Source: an uncultured Gemmatimonadaceae bacterium (GTDB lineage: Bacteria > Gemmatimonadota > Gemmatimonadetes > Gemmatimonadales > Gemmatimonadaceae). From it: a stretch of 64,000 nt of DNA. Shown here piece after piece: positions 10,288-20,648 of this stretch. The DNA lies in assembly GCA_963716745.1 (NCBI GenBank), contig OY970320.1, positions 1,408,001 through 1,472,000 of the forward strand. Direction: 5' to 3'. The position numbers and the translations under genes were made by a program. Numbering within the stretch: position 1 is the stretch's first letter; each line of letters starts with the position of its first letter. Under the pieces are notes generated by a model. That model saw only the letters and a program-made list of their open reading frames with translations, made no database searches and was not told where the DNA came from.

Positions 10288-12066
10288 TCAGTTCGTCGCG
10301 GCGGGATCGCCCGCGCTGAGCACACGGCGCCACCACGGCGCGCGCATCCCCTCGCCCAGCGTCTCGTCGGTCGCTTCACGCCATGCCTCGGCCATCTCGC
10401 CGGCGTCAGCGAAGCGATCTTCCGGGCGCGGCGCGAGTCCCTTGCGCAGCCATGCCTCGATCGCCGGCGGCACGCCGTCGACGTCGATGTCCATCTTGAG
10501 CATGCGCGCGAGGATCACGCGGCCATCGCCGCTGCCGAAGGGCGCCTTGCCCGTGAGCAGGAAGAGCGTGATCGCCGCGAGCTCGAAGCAGTCCACCTGC
10601 GGACCTTGCTGCTCGCCGAGCAATTGCTCGGGCGCCGCGAATTCCGGGGTGCCCGTGGTGCCCATGAGTTCTTCGCCCGTCACCTTCGCCACACCGAAAT
10701 CGCCGATCCGCCACCGGCGCCAGCGGTCGATCAGGATGTTCTCCGGCTTCAGATCGCGGTGGATGATGCCCGCCGCGTGCGCGGCCGCGAGTCCGTCGAG
10801 CACGAAGTCGATCTGCGGCGCGATCTCCTCCACGCTGCGCTTCCCCGCGCGCTTCACGAGATCGGAGAGCGAACCGCCCTCGGCGAGTTCCATCGTGTAC
10901 CACGACACGCCGCCGTTCGTGTCCCAGTCGAAGATCGGGACGATGGACGGATGCGCGAGCTGCGCCGCGAGCTGTGCTTCGCGACGGAAGCGGTGCACTA
11001 CTTGTTCGTCGCTGCTCACGTGCGGGTGGAGCATCTTGAGCGCCACCTCGCGATTGAGCGTGAGGTCGCGCACGCGCCACACGGAGCCGAAGGTGCCGGA
11101 TCCGAGCCGCGCGATCACGTCGTAATCCTCGCCGGTGGCCCAGCGGAGGCGCGCTTCCTCGGAATCGCCCGAGTTGCGCGTGGCCGTGACGCCACCGCTC
11201 ACGAACATGCTCGTGCGGCTGCCTACGGCGCGGTCGAGTTCGCGCAGCATCGCGCTCACCGAGTGGAATCGGTCGCCCGGCGCGCGCGCGAGTCCGCGGC
11301 AGAGCACTTCGCTCACGCTCTTCGGCAGATCGGGGCGAATGAGGCGGAGCGGCGGCAGATCCTCCGGCGGATACTCGCCCGTGAGCGTCGCGAACGCCGT
11401 GGCCGCGATCTGCCACTGATCGCTCGCGATCGTGGGCGCCCACTCGTCGTCGTTCCACTCGGGCGGGATCGGCATGAAGCGGCGCGACGGCTTGAGTCCG
11501 TCGGGGATCTCGGCGCGCGGCATCGCCCATTCCCAGCCGAGCAGCCAGAGACGTCCCGTCGGCGCCACCCAGCACGTCTCGGCGCTCACCGCACCGTGCG
11601 TCTCGCCGGCGGTGTGCAGATACGCGATGGCGGATCCGATGTTGCGCAGCAGCTGAAGCGCGGTGGCGAGATCGTAGGTGCCCGCGCGCTCCACCTGCGC
11701 GAACACCGTTTCGCCCGGGATCCAGCGACGGAGATAACCGGGCCCGCGCGGCGAGTTCACGTGCCGCGCCCAGTAGTGATACGTCGTGGGGATCGACGGG
11801 TGATTGAGATGCGCGAGGCGCCGCGCCTCGGAGAAGAGCCACTCTTCGTGTGCGGTGTTCGGCACGCTTACGAGCGACAGCGAGCGGCCGAGTCCGTCCA
11901 CGAGTTCTTGATAGTGGCGGTACTCGCCGTCAACGCCGTCAGCGCCCCACGTCCAGTCGGATGGCAGTTGCCAGCCGGCGAGATGCGGGGGCAGTTTGTG
12001 GGTGACGCGGTCTCTGAACGGCCGGTCGTCGCGCGGCATGCGATACTCTTGAGTAGAACTGATCAT
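10288..12066 (-). CDS. Hanks-type Ser/Thr kinase with tandem kinase domains (N-terminal degenerate, C-terminal intact)
   Basis: C-domain: [25 protein letters not shown]-domain: [30 protein letters not shown]. Confidence 0.88.
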   Translation of the reverse strand: MISSTQEYRMPRDDRPFRDRVTHKLPPHLAGWQLPSDWTWGADGVDGEYRHYQELVDGLGRSLSLVSVPNTAHEEWLFSEARRLAHLNHPSIPTTYHYWARHVNSPRGPGYLRRWIPGETVFAQVERAGTYDLATALQLLRNIGSAIAYLHTAGETHGAVSAETCWVAPTGRLWLLGWEWAMPRAEIPDGLKPSRRFMPIPPEWNDDEWAPTIASDQWQIAATAFATLTGEYPPEDLPPLRLIRPDLPKSVSEVLCRGLARAPGDRFHSVSAMLRELDRAVGSRTSMFVSGGVTATRNSGDSEEARLRWATGEDYDVIARLGSGTFGSVWRVRDLTLNREVALKMLHPHVSSDEQVVHRFRREAQLAAQLAHPSIVPIFDWDTNGGVSWYTMELAEGGSLSDLVKRAGKRSVEEIAPQIDFVLDGLAAAHAAGIIHRDLKPENILIDRWRRWRIGDFGVAKVTGEELMGTTGTPEFAAPEQLLGEQQGPQVDCFELAAITLFLLTGKAPFGSGDGRVILARMLKMDIDVDGVPPAIEAWLRKGLAPRPEDRFADAGEMAEAWREATDETLGEGMRAPWWRRVLSAGDPAATN

Positions 12067-12122
12067 GGAAGTTACCCGTTCGTACAGTTGGGGCCAAGTT
12101 CGCGACTTTCACTACGAGTGGA

Positions 12123-12626
12123 ATGACCGATTCGTTACCGGTAGTGATCTTCGAGGCGATGCACGAGGACGCTCGCGTGCCGTCACGCGCGACGGCGGAC
12201 TCGAGCGGCTATGACTTGGCGGCGTGCCTGCGAGGGCGGAGCGTGCGCGTGTTCGTTGGCGGCGTCGCGAGCGACCGCGCGATCGGCGATGACCATGCAC
12301 TCACGCTCGCGCCGGGCGAGATCGCGCTCGTGCCGCTGGGATTCCGCGCACGACTGCCTAGTCACTATGAAGCGCAGATCAGGATCCGGAGTTCCGCCGC
12401 GCTGAAGAAGGGCCTCACATTGCCGAACGCGCCGGGGACCATTGATGCCGACTATCCCGACGAGTGGCTCGTGATGACGCGGAATTCGGGAACCAATCCC
12501 GTGCGAATCGACCACGGCGAGCGCATCGCGCAGGCGGTGCTGGCGAGGTATGAGATCGCCGAATGGAAACCGGGTGTCGTTGCCCGTTCGACCGACCGCG
12601 CGGGTGGTCTGGGCTCCACCGGCTGA
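12123..12626 (+). CDS. dut: dUTP diphosphatase (trimeric)
   Basis: SSGYDL, RSS, NAPGTIDADY, GERIAQ, RAGGLGSTG motifs. Confidence 0.95.
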   Translation: MTDSLPVVIFEAMHEDARVPSRATADSSGYDLAACLRGRSVRVFVGGVASDRAIGDDHALTLAPGEIALVPLGFRARLPSHYEAQIRIRSSAALKKGLTLPNAPGTIDADYPDEWLVMTRNSGTNPVRIDHGERIAQAVLARYEIAEWKPGVVARSTDRAGGLGSTG

Positions 12627-12783
12627 ACAAACCCCGCAAGTACTCGCGGTCTTCGCCTGCGCTCCGCAGTATCTGGCAACAGTCGACAGCCGACAGTCCG
12701 CAGTCCGCCTCTAATGTTGTTGGTGACACTCCGGTGACGCCATGGCCATAGCGTTGCAGTCCAACGAAGTCACCGGGGTCGGA

Positions 12784-15700
12784 ATGATCCACCTGCAGAG
12801 CCTGGGCCAGTGCCTGATCTCCATTGGCGCAACGCGTCTCGCGCCGAATGCGCGCATGCTGTTCGCGAGCGCGCTGTTCGTGGCCGTGGAAGGGCGCCGG
12901 AAGATCGAGCGCAGCCGGTTCACCGAGACACTCTGGCCCGAACTCCCCGAATCGAACGGCACGCATGCGATGCGGCAGATGTGCTATCGCCTGCGTTCGT
13001 GCGGCATGCCGATCGAGGCGAGCGGCGCGCGGCTCGTGCTGCCCGACGGCGCCGTTTCGACCGACTTCGACGATCTGCTCGGCGATCCGGCCGACGTTTC
13101 GCCCGAGGAGTTGCTCACCAGGATCCCCGGCGGGTTCCTGCCGGGCTACATGCCGCGCGTGTCCGATCCGTTCACCACGTGGGTGGAGGAGCAGCGCGCG
13201 CAGGTGAATGCCGCGCTGCGGCGACAGCTTGTGCGCCGCGATCACCGCGCGCCGAGCGGCGGGCGATTGGCAAGCGACCGAGAAGCTGAGCATGCGTTGC
13301 CTGGAGCTCGATCCGTTGAACGAACTCGCGACGTTGGCGTATGCGGAATCGATCGCGATGGACGGCAGCAAAGCGCGCGCGATCGCCGTGCTCGACCGGT
13401 ACTCGGCCGAGATCGGGCCGGCGTCCAAGCAGATCAGAGAGCCAATGCTCGCGCTGCGGCAGCGGATCATCGACTTGTATCCCGTGCCACCGGTGATCGA
13501 AGTCGAGCCGCCGCAGATCGGGCGCGAGGAGGAAATGTCGAAGCTGGACGCCGCGCTAAGCGAAGCGCGCGAAGGACACGGCAGCGCCTACGTGATCAGC
13601 GGCCCGCCGGGGATCGGGAAGACGCGCCTAGTCACCGAGTTCACGCGCGCGGCGGAACTGAAGGGCGTGAAGATCGCGCGGACCAACATGGGGCGGCATG
13701 ACGATCATCGGCCGCTCGGCGCATGGAGCGATCTCGTGCCGGCGCTTCGGCGGATGCCTGGGGCGGTGGGGATCGATCCGGAATCGATTCCGTATTTGAA
13801 ACGCTTGACCGGTCACGACGCCAAACAGGATTCGCCGAGCGCCGAGAGTCAGGATGCGGAGTATTTGTTCGCGCGCATCAGACTTTCCATCGTCGATCTG
13901 GTCGCGGCGGTCGCGAGCGAGAGCTGCGCGATCCTATTGATCGAGGACATCCACTGGATGGACGAATGGAGTTGGGATGTGATGGCGGCACTGTCGAAGA
14001 AGCTCGCGACCACGGGCGTGTTGGTGTTGATGACGCGCCGGGACAGCGAGGACGGTTCGACCTCCATTCCGAAAGACGCCGCGGTACGCATGATGCCGTT
14101 GGCGGCGCTGAGCAATTCATACTGCCGCAGGTTGTTCGGCCACGTGGGACCAGCGAAGCGCTCCAGCGAGGAAGAATTCATCGAGTGGTGCGTACGGACA
14201 AGCGCCGGCAATCCATACTTCCTCATCGAACTCGGCCGTCGCGCGTCGAAAGCAGATGGTCGATTCCAGGCTCCCCCGAGCCTAACCAAACTGATATCTG
14301 AGCGGTTCTTGGACGTGACGCCGCTTTCGCGGCGGGTACTTCAGGTGACGGCTGTACTAGGAAGACACTCGACGATTGTGCGTATCGAGAAGGTCTTGGA
14401 CGAACGAAGGATTAGCCTGCTTGACAGTCTCGATGAACTATCTCGCCATTCGCTCATTGTGAGTGAGGGCGAAAGAGTCATCTGCCGACACGACCTTTTG
14501 GGAATGTCGGCACTGAGTGACGTCTCGCCGTTCTCACTGCGACTAATTCATCGCCACTCAGCAGCGGTACTCGAGGCGGAGATTAATGATTCGTCCGAAG
14601 TCGGACATCTGTGGGATTGCGCGAGGCATCTTGAGTCGGCCAACGAACGCCATCTCGCACTAAGAATGCTAGAGCGGTGCTCTATCCGCGCGATCTCCAT
14701 GGGCGTCCCTCGAGACGCGATTCGAGTACTTGAATTCGCAATTTCTCTCGATCCAACAGGCGAGATGCACACTCGCCTGCTGCGTCGCCTCGTATCGGCG
14801 CTCTACTTCGTGAGAGACTACCCTCAGTGCGTCGCCCTCTACGCCCAACTCCGCATCGCCGAGAGCGATAGCCTCAGGGTGGTACCCCACCACTCGGAGC
14901 AAGAGTTATATGCGGTGGATGCGAGCCACTACTCGACCGGACCATCTTCAATCGGCTTAGAGAGAAGCATGGCGTGTGTCTTGGATGGGCGCGCGACTCC
15001 AGAACATCGTGTGGAGGCGGCGCTCGTCGCAGTGAAGCTGGCTAGCAACCTTTTCGCGCGGCCAGAGGGTGAAAAAGCATTTTCAGTGGTCGAGCCACTA
15101 TTGGAGCTAGTAGATCCCGCGCTCTCGACGGAATTCCTGCTGGTCTATGAGGGTTCGTTCGGCACCGCCATCGCGTGCGGAGCGGCGGCGGTTCGCCTAC
15201 GTAACATCCTTCGGGAGACGCAGTCTCCAGGGCTTCGATTCCGGTCCATTGGCCAGTGCGCCGAGGGGCTCCATATAGGTGGATGCACTGCGGAGGCGCT
15301 CGAATTGGTTGAGGAGGCAATCTCGCTTAGCGAGAAGATCAGCCTTGCACGCGGCAATAGGTGGGCTCGTCAGTTGAGGACGCGATTCCAGCTCGCCCTC
15401 GGCGATACGAAGGGCGCGAGAAATTCCCTTGTCCTCGTCGATACGGACGACGATGCATTCTCTCCTGTCGAGGCAATTCGGGGCTTCGAATACGCCGCGC
15501 GCCTCGCGCTACTAGAGGAGGACTACGACTCGGCCGCCCTGTTTCTGGAGCGACTCCATAAGACGATGGACTTCGCGTGGCCGAGGGCGATTCGGCATCA
15601 CAGCGGCCTGACCGCGCTTCTCAGGATAAGGCGTGATGGCTGGCTTCCGTCCAACGACGAAATGGCACGACTAGTGGAGGTGCACATTGAGGGTCGGGGA

Positions 15701-15868
15701 GAAATCCACCACGATTTCTACCTCTACGCTATTTCGTACGCCTTTGAGGTGCGTGGCGAGTGGTCACGCTTCTTGCAACTGAGCACCGAATACGTTGACA
15801 AGTTCCGATTTGAGCGTAGTGCGATCCTCCTGCAGTTAAGCGAGCGAATGGCACTGCATTTAAAGTAA
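12784..15868 (+). CDS. SARP/BTAD-AAA ATPase (STAND-like) regulator with helical/TPR-like C-terminus; apparent frameshift ~13232
   Basis: N-terminal LQSLG...LWPE...RQMCYRLR and FLPG..F.TWVEEQR; second frame LELDPLNE (BTAD), IGREEE, Walker A GPPGIGKT, Walker B LLIEDIHW, AGNPYFLIE. Confidence 0.8.
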
Positions 15869-15892
15869 AAAAACCGCCGGATTGCGGCGGTT
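15867..15892 (-). terminator. Rho-independent terminator between convergent BTAD-AAA and HD-GYP genes
   Basis: AACCGCCG-GATTG-CGGCGGTT hairpin with a T-run on the minus strand. Confidence 0.75.
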
Positions 15893-15961
15893 AGTGCGAA
15901 CTGGAACGGCAGTCTACGGCTCTCTTGATGTGTGGCGACCAAGAGATAACGAGCGTGGAGG

Positions 15962-17314
15962 CTAGGACATTCCCCTAACGGCGATCCTATCTGACTGACT
16001 AGCGACCGCCGGGGCGGAGCGATCAGGAGTAGACTCTCTAGCGTTCGGCGCAAATAGTAATCCAAACATCGGGCTCGCGAGCAGCCTATCGCACATCTCG
16101 GGATCGAATTGTTTGCCACGAAATTTAACAAGCTCAGACCGAACCTGCGTCTCTGTCAGAGCCTTGCGATATGGTCGGTCGGTCGTCATGGCATCAATCG
16201 TGTCGGCAAACAATACAATTCGCGCCGCCAGCGGAATTTGCTCCCCCTGGAGTCCATCAGGGTATCCGGTTCCGTCCCAGTTTTCGTGATGATGTCGGAC
16301 GGGTGCTACAATGTCCTTTAAGTGAGAAACCGTCGAAACAAGGTCCGCGCTCTTGATCGGATGGGTTTGCATCACGGACCACTCCGCAGGGCTCAGTTTT
16401 TCCGGTTTGCGCAGGATTGGAGCGTACATTTCGTGAATCTTGCCTACGTCATGAAGCAACGCCGCAACGCCGACGCGCTCGAGCTCCGATCCCCCCATAC
16501 CAATCGCGCGAGCAATAATTTTCGAATACTGTGAAACGCGCCTTGAATGCCCGGACGTATACGGATCTCGCGCCTCGATGGCCTTCACCATCAATTCGAG
16601 TAACTCTTGGTTGACACGCTCGAGTTCGTAGTTTGTCTTGTACAGTTGTCGAACGGCGAGAAGCGGTATGGTGAGTGCGAGTACCCCCCACACGCCGAGG
16701 CGCAGGAACGCGAAGGCGAACAAGTAGACGATCGGACTAAAGATCAGGTCATACGCGAATGCGCGACCGACCGCTCGTCTCCAGCTCGGCAGAATAGGTT
16801 TGTTTGCGCTCACAGCTATAATGCCCTGCACGGCGAGCGCGTTGACCGTCATGAACACCACAGCCAATCCGATAACGGCTGGCAGTTTTCCCAGCGGAAG
16901 GGAGCGCTGGTAGGTTGCCTGCTCGGCCAGCATGCCGTCGCCCCCCATCGCGCGAAATACGAGCACGCCGAGCGCACCCGCGAACATCATTTGCGCGGTA
17001 TTGAACAGCACCTTTACGGGCGCGTTCCTCCGCACGGCGTTGGATAGGAAGATGGCGACGGAAAACGCCGCAACGGCGAGTGCAGACGGAGACAAGAGGA
17101 GTGCAGCGAGGTAAGGTATGAATGTGATCGAACCTCGCACGCCATGACTCAAGTCGTAACCGAACAACTCCGCCGCGATGGCAATTCCCGTCAGCAGAAA
17201 AACCGCGGTAATCGCTGCGCCATCTGCCCTGGGGGCGCTAGCAAGAACCGCCCCATACGAAAGCAGGGCGCCAACGGCGACAAGACTCACATAAAGTTGA
17301 ACCTTAGAGCGCAT
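15962..17314 (-). CDS. Multi-TM sensor (MASE9-like) plus HD-GYP cyclic-dinucleotide phosphodiesterase
   Basis: About 7 hydrophobic helices, then IEARDPYTSGHSRRV, LLHDVGK, RHHHENWDGTGYPDGL, ADTIDAMTTDRPYR. Confidence 0.9.
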   Translation of the reverse strand: MRSKVQLYVSLVAVGALLSYGAVLASAPRADGAAITAVFLLTGIAIAAELFGYDLSHGVRGSITFIPYLAALLLSPSALAVAAFSVAIFLSNAVRRNAPVKVLFNTAQMMFAGALGVLVFRAMGGDGMLAEQATYQRSLPLGKLPAVIGLAVVFMTVNALAVQGIIAVSANKPILPSWRRAVGRAFAYDLIFSPIVYLFAFAFLRLGVWGVLALTIPLLAVRQLYKTNYELERVNQELLELMVKAIEARDPYTSGHSRRVSQYSKIIARAIGMGGSELERVGVAALLHDVGKIHEMYAPILRKPEKLSPAEWSVMQTHPIKSADLVSTVSHLKDIVAPVRHHHENWDGTGYPDGLQGEQIPLAARIVLFADTIDAMTTDRPYRKALTETQVRSELVKFRGKQFDPEMCDRLLASPMFGLLFAPNARESTPDRSAPAVASQSDRIAVRGMS

Positions 17315-17353
17315 GCGATTCCCACGTTTGTAGACAAGAACCCCCGCCCCGGA

Positions 17354-17440
17354 CTATTGCCACTGCTGTGTATCGAAAGACGTCGGAATACCCTTGATAA
17401 ACTTGGCGAGCTTCGCCCAAGCCTTCAGCAAATGCATCAT
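17354..17440 (-). CDS. Unannotated 28-aa peptide MMHLLKAWAKLAKFIKGIPTSFDTQQWQ
   Basis: Own translation; RBS-like TAAAGGGGGGTGA ends 7 nt before the ATG; stop is 39 nt before the HD-GYP start; below the ORF-track cutoff. Confidence 0.7.
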   Translation of the reverse strand: MMHLLKAWAKLAKFIKGIPTSFDTQQWQ

Positions 17441-17737
17441 TGTCGCGTCACCCCCCTTTAGGTCTTGTCATGCCCCGACGCTCGTCGGTGAACATGCAAA
17501 TAGGTAGGCTCCGCTCAATTGCTTGGTCTGGCCCGCTCAGCTTCGCTAACTGCTTTGTACAACTGCTTAGCCGAGAACGGGGGTTCGTTTCAGTTTTTCG
17601 ATCGTGAGGGTGTTGGTCGGTTCAAAAGTTGAATGTCATTCCCTTCCACTCTCCCGCGGACACCAATCGCGCGACGACGCCTCAGCGCCCCCACGCGTTC
17701 ACTTCCCCTGCTATAACCCCAGCCGCTGCGCCCTACT

Positions 17738-18505
17738 CTACTTCGCGCGGCCCAACCACCGGTTCGTCGCGTCCAGCACCGCCAACACGCTCGCGGTCTC
17801 CGGACTGTCCTTCACCTGACAGCTCCCCGTCAGCAACACCCTGTCCCTTCCGTCACGCGCCGCGATCCCGACGAACACATGCTCGGCGTCGAACGCCTCG
17901 AACATCTTGCACCCTTCCACCGACACGAATCGCGCGTCCGGCTCCGCCTGCACGATAGCCAAGAGCGCCGCTCGCGCCGCCAGCTCCGCGCGCGACCGCT
18001 CGGTCTCCGCCCCTTCGGCTTCTCCAATGTAGGACTTCTCTCCCTTCCGTAGCGTCACGCGGCACGTGACTCCCTGCACCCGCGAACGCCGCACCTCCAC
18101 ATCCTCGAAATACAGCATCCGGCTGGGCAGCGTTGCGGCCTGCACCACCGCCGCCGCCTGCGCCACGCTCTGCGCCCGCGCGTCCGCGGTCTGCTGCGGA
18201 TCCACGCTCGTCGCCACCGAGATCTTCCGGTGGTCCACCTTCATCCCCAAGTGCGCGATCAGCGCGCTCTCGACGTTCCGCACGGTCTGCTTCGGATTCA
18301 CTTCGGCGCTCGTGAGCAAATGGATCTCGCTCACCGCACCGTCGTCCGCCGCCATGATCCGAGCCGACAGCACTCCCGGCAGAGTCAACAGCAGATCCTC
18401 CGCGCGTTTGATCGGCAAGACGCTGCCGGCGATCGGAGAATGCGATGAGTGGCCAGGCACGTTCAGAGCCATCGATTCCGTAGCGAGAGGTGACGAGCGC
18501 GCCAT
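17738..18505 (-). CDS. Conserved hypothetical protein; N-terminal alpha/beta domain plus C-terminal LeuA-allosteric-like domain (alternative start 18472)
   Basis: LPGVLSARI...EIHLL...PKQTVRNVESAL..HLGMKVDHRKISVA; C-terminal V.CRVTL...IGEAEG...LTGS...ASVLAVLDATNR. Confidence 0.7.
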   Translation of the reverse strand: MARSSPLATESMALNVPGHSSHSPIAGSVLPIKRAEDLLLTLPGVLSARIMAADDGAVSEIHLLTSAEVNPKQTVRNVESALIAHLGMKVDHRKISVATSVDPQQTADARAQSVAQAAAVVQAATLPSRMLYFEDVEVRRSRVQGVTCRVTLRKGEKSYIGEAEGAETERSRAELAARAALLAIVQAEPDARFVSVEGCKMFEAFDAEHVFVGIAARDGRDRVLLTGSCQVKDSPETASVLAVLDATNRWLGRAK

Positions 18506-18609
18506 ATTGATTGCGTGTGCATCAAAACAATGTCAACTGCTACATTTTGCTACGGACTCCAGCCATTACTGCCACGCCGAATATCCCCGTAAAAGATTAG
18601 AAAATCAAG

Positions 18610-20139
18610 CTACCCGCTCTCGGGGAGATTATACTCCTTTAACTTCCGGTACATAGTTCGCTCGCCGATCCCCAGCATATCGGCCGCTTTTCGACGGTTC
18701 CCGCGCGTCTCGCGCAACGCGTGCACGATCGCCGCCCGCTCGATCTCGGCCATCGTCATCCCCGCCTCGACTTCCAACGTATTTACCGGCGCACTCGGCG
18801 CCGCTTCGAGCGCCGACACCGCGCTCACGCCCGCCGGCCGCACTTCGCCCACGATCTCGCCGCGCAACGGACGCCCATCATCCACGCGCCGGCGCAATTC
18901 CTCGAGCTGCAGCTTCAGTTCCACGAGCGAGCGCACGATGAACTCCAGCTCGCGACCGCCCGCCTCGTGCTGCCCTCGCACCACCGCGCCGACCGGCACC
19001 GGCAGGAACCTCGCGCTCCCCCCCTCGCGCAGCTCGCGCGGGATGTCCGCCGCGGTGATCTCACGCCCCGGCGACAGCACGACCATGCTCTCCACCAGGT
19101 TCCGCAGCTCGCGCACGTTCCCCGGCCACGGATAGTCGCTCAGGATCTGCATCGCGCTCGCCGAAATGCCATGGAACGCGCGGTCGTGCTCCTTGGCGAA
19201 TTCTTGCACGAACGTACGCACGAGTAGCGGTATGTCCTCACGCCTCTCGCGCAGTGGCGGCAGGTAAATGTTCAGCACGTTCAACCGGTAATACAGATCG
19301 GCGCGGAACGTCCCCTGCTCCACCGCATCGCGCAACGGACGGTTGGATGCCGCAATGATCCGGACATCCACTTTGATCGGCGTCGCGCCGCCCACCCGCA
19401 CGAACTCCCGCTGCTCCAGCACGCGCAACAGCTTCACCTGCGTGCTGAGCGGCGCCTCGCCGATCTCGTCCAGGAACAACGTCCCGCCATTCGCCAGCTC
19501 GAAGCGCCCCAGCCTTCGCTCCGCCGCCCCGGTGAAAGCACCCTTCTCGTGACCGAACAGCTCGCTCTCCAGCAGGCTCTCCGGCAGCGCTCCAATGTTC
19601 ACGGCAATGAAAGGCTTTCCTCGGCGCGGACTCAACCGTTGCAACGCACGAGCAACGATCTCCTTGCCGGTGCCGCTCTCGCCTTCAATGAGCACTGTGC
19701 TCGAGACCGGCGCCATCTGCTCGATCTTCACCATCACTTCGCGCAATGGCGCGCTCTCGCCAATGAGACCGGTCTCACTCGTGAGCCGGCGGCGGTCGAG
19801 CAGGCGCCGCACGCCATCGAACACTTCTTCGCTGTCGGCGGGCTTGGGGTAGATCTCGACGTAGCCGAGTGCGCGCAAACGGTCGAGCGTGGCCTCGTCG
19901 GCGACGTCGGCAAGTCCGATCACGCTCGCGCCGTCCCAGAGCTGGCGCTTCAGGAGCTGCACCGTGGCCTGCTCGGTGAGGTTGCCGGTGACGACAATGA
20001 CGTCCGGCTTCTCGCGCGTGAACGCCGCCTGCACGTCGTCCATGGGGCTCACGAGCGCGGTGGAGATCCCCGCGGCCTCGAGGCGAGCGTTGAGCCGCAC
20101 CGCCGGCTCGACATCGGTGAGCGTGACGAGGACCTTCAC
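18610..20139 (-). CDS. Sigma54-dependent activator (NtrC-type AAA+, Fis HTH) with degenerate receiver
   Basis: [42 protein letters not shown]-terminal [21 protein letters not shown]. Confidence 0.93.
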   Translation of the reverse strand: MKVLVTLTDVEPAVRLNARLEAAGISTALVSPMDDVQAAFTREKPDVIVVTGNLTEQATVQLLKRQLWDGASVIGLADVADEATLDRLRALGYVEIYPKPADSEEVFDGVRRLLDRRRLTSETGLIGESAPLREVMVKIEQMAPVSSTVLIEGESGTGKEIVARALQRLSPRRGKPFIAVNIGALPESLLESELFGHEKGAFTGAAERRLGRFELANGGTLFLDEIGEAPLSTQVKLLRVLEQREFVRVGGATPIKVDVRIIAASNRPLRDAVEQGTFRADLYYRLNVLNIYLPPLRERREDIPLLVRTFVQEFAKEHDRAFHGISASAMQILSDYPWPGNVRELRNLVESMVVLSPGREITAADIPRELREGGSARFLPVPVGAVVRGQHEAGGRELEFIVRSLVELKLQLEELRRRVDDGRPLRGEIVGEVRPAGVSAVSALEAAPSAPVNTLEVEAGMTMAEIERAAIVHALRETRGNRRKAADMLGIGERTMYRKLKEYNLPESG

Positions 20140-20621
20140 GTGCTGTGCTCCGTGGGCGAGCCGCGGAGGATCGCGATCGCGTGATCCACGATGGGCTCGA
20201 GCGCCGCGAGCCCATCCGCCACCCCGGACGGCGAGCCGGGCAAGTTCACGATGAGCGAACGCGCGCGCACCCCAGCAATGCCGCGCGAGAGCGCGGCGCG
20301 CGGGAATTTGGCCATCACGCTCGCGCGCAATGATTCGGCGATGCCTGGCGCCTCGCGTTCGATCACCGCGCGCGTCGCCTCCGGAGTCACATCGCGCGGT
20401 GAAAGCCCCGTGCCGCCGGTAGTAAGGATGAGATCGGCGGCGTCGTCATCGCACCATTGCGCGAGCGTCGCGACAATGAGATCGGTGCGATCGGCGACGA
20501 GCGTGCGCGCCGAGCATTCGTAACGGCGCGAGGCAGCCCAGGACGCGACCGCGTCGCCGGAGAGGTCGGCGCGTTCGCCACGCGCGCCTGCGTCGGAAAT
20601 AGTGAGAATGGCGACTCGCAT
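20136..20621 (-). CDS. mog: Molybdopterin adenylyltransferase (MogA/MoaB)
   Basis: [34 protein letters not shown]. Confidence 0.92.
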   Translation of the reverse strand: MRVAILTISDAGARGERADLSGDAVASWAASRRYECSARTLVADRTDLIVATLAQWCDDDAADLILTTGGTGLSPRDVTPEATRAVIEREAPGIAESLRASVMAKFPRAALSRGIAGVRARSLIVNLPGSPSGVADGLAALEPIVDHAIAILRGSPTEHST

Positions 20622-20648
20622 GACCCTGCTCCGGGCTCCGGTGCCCGG

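Noticed and set aside
17461..17737. Sigma54 promoter for the peptide gene
   Set aside because: The TTTGCA at ~17495 lacks GG at the correct spacing; the only GG-N10-GC noticed (17521-17534) matches the consensus poorly
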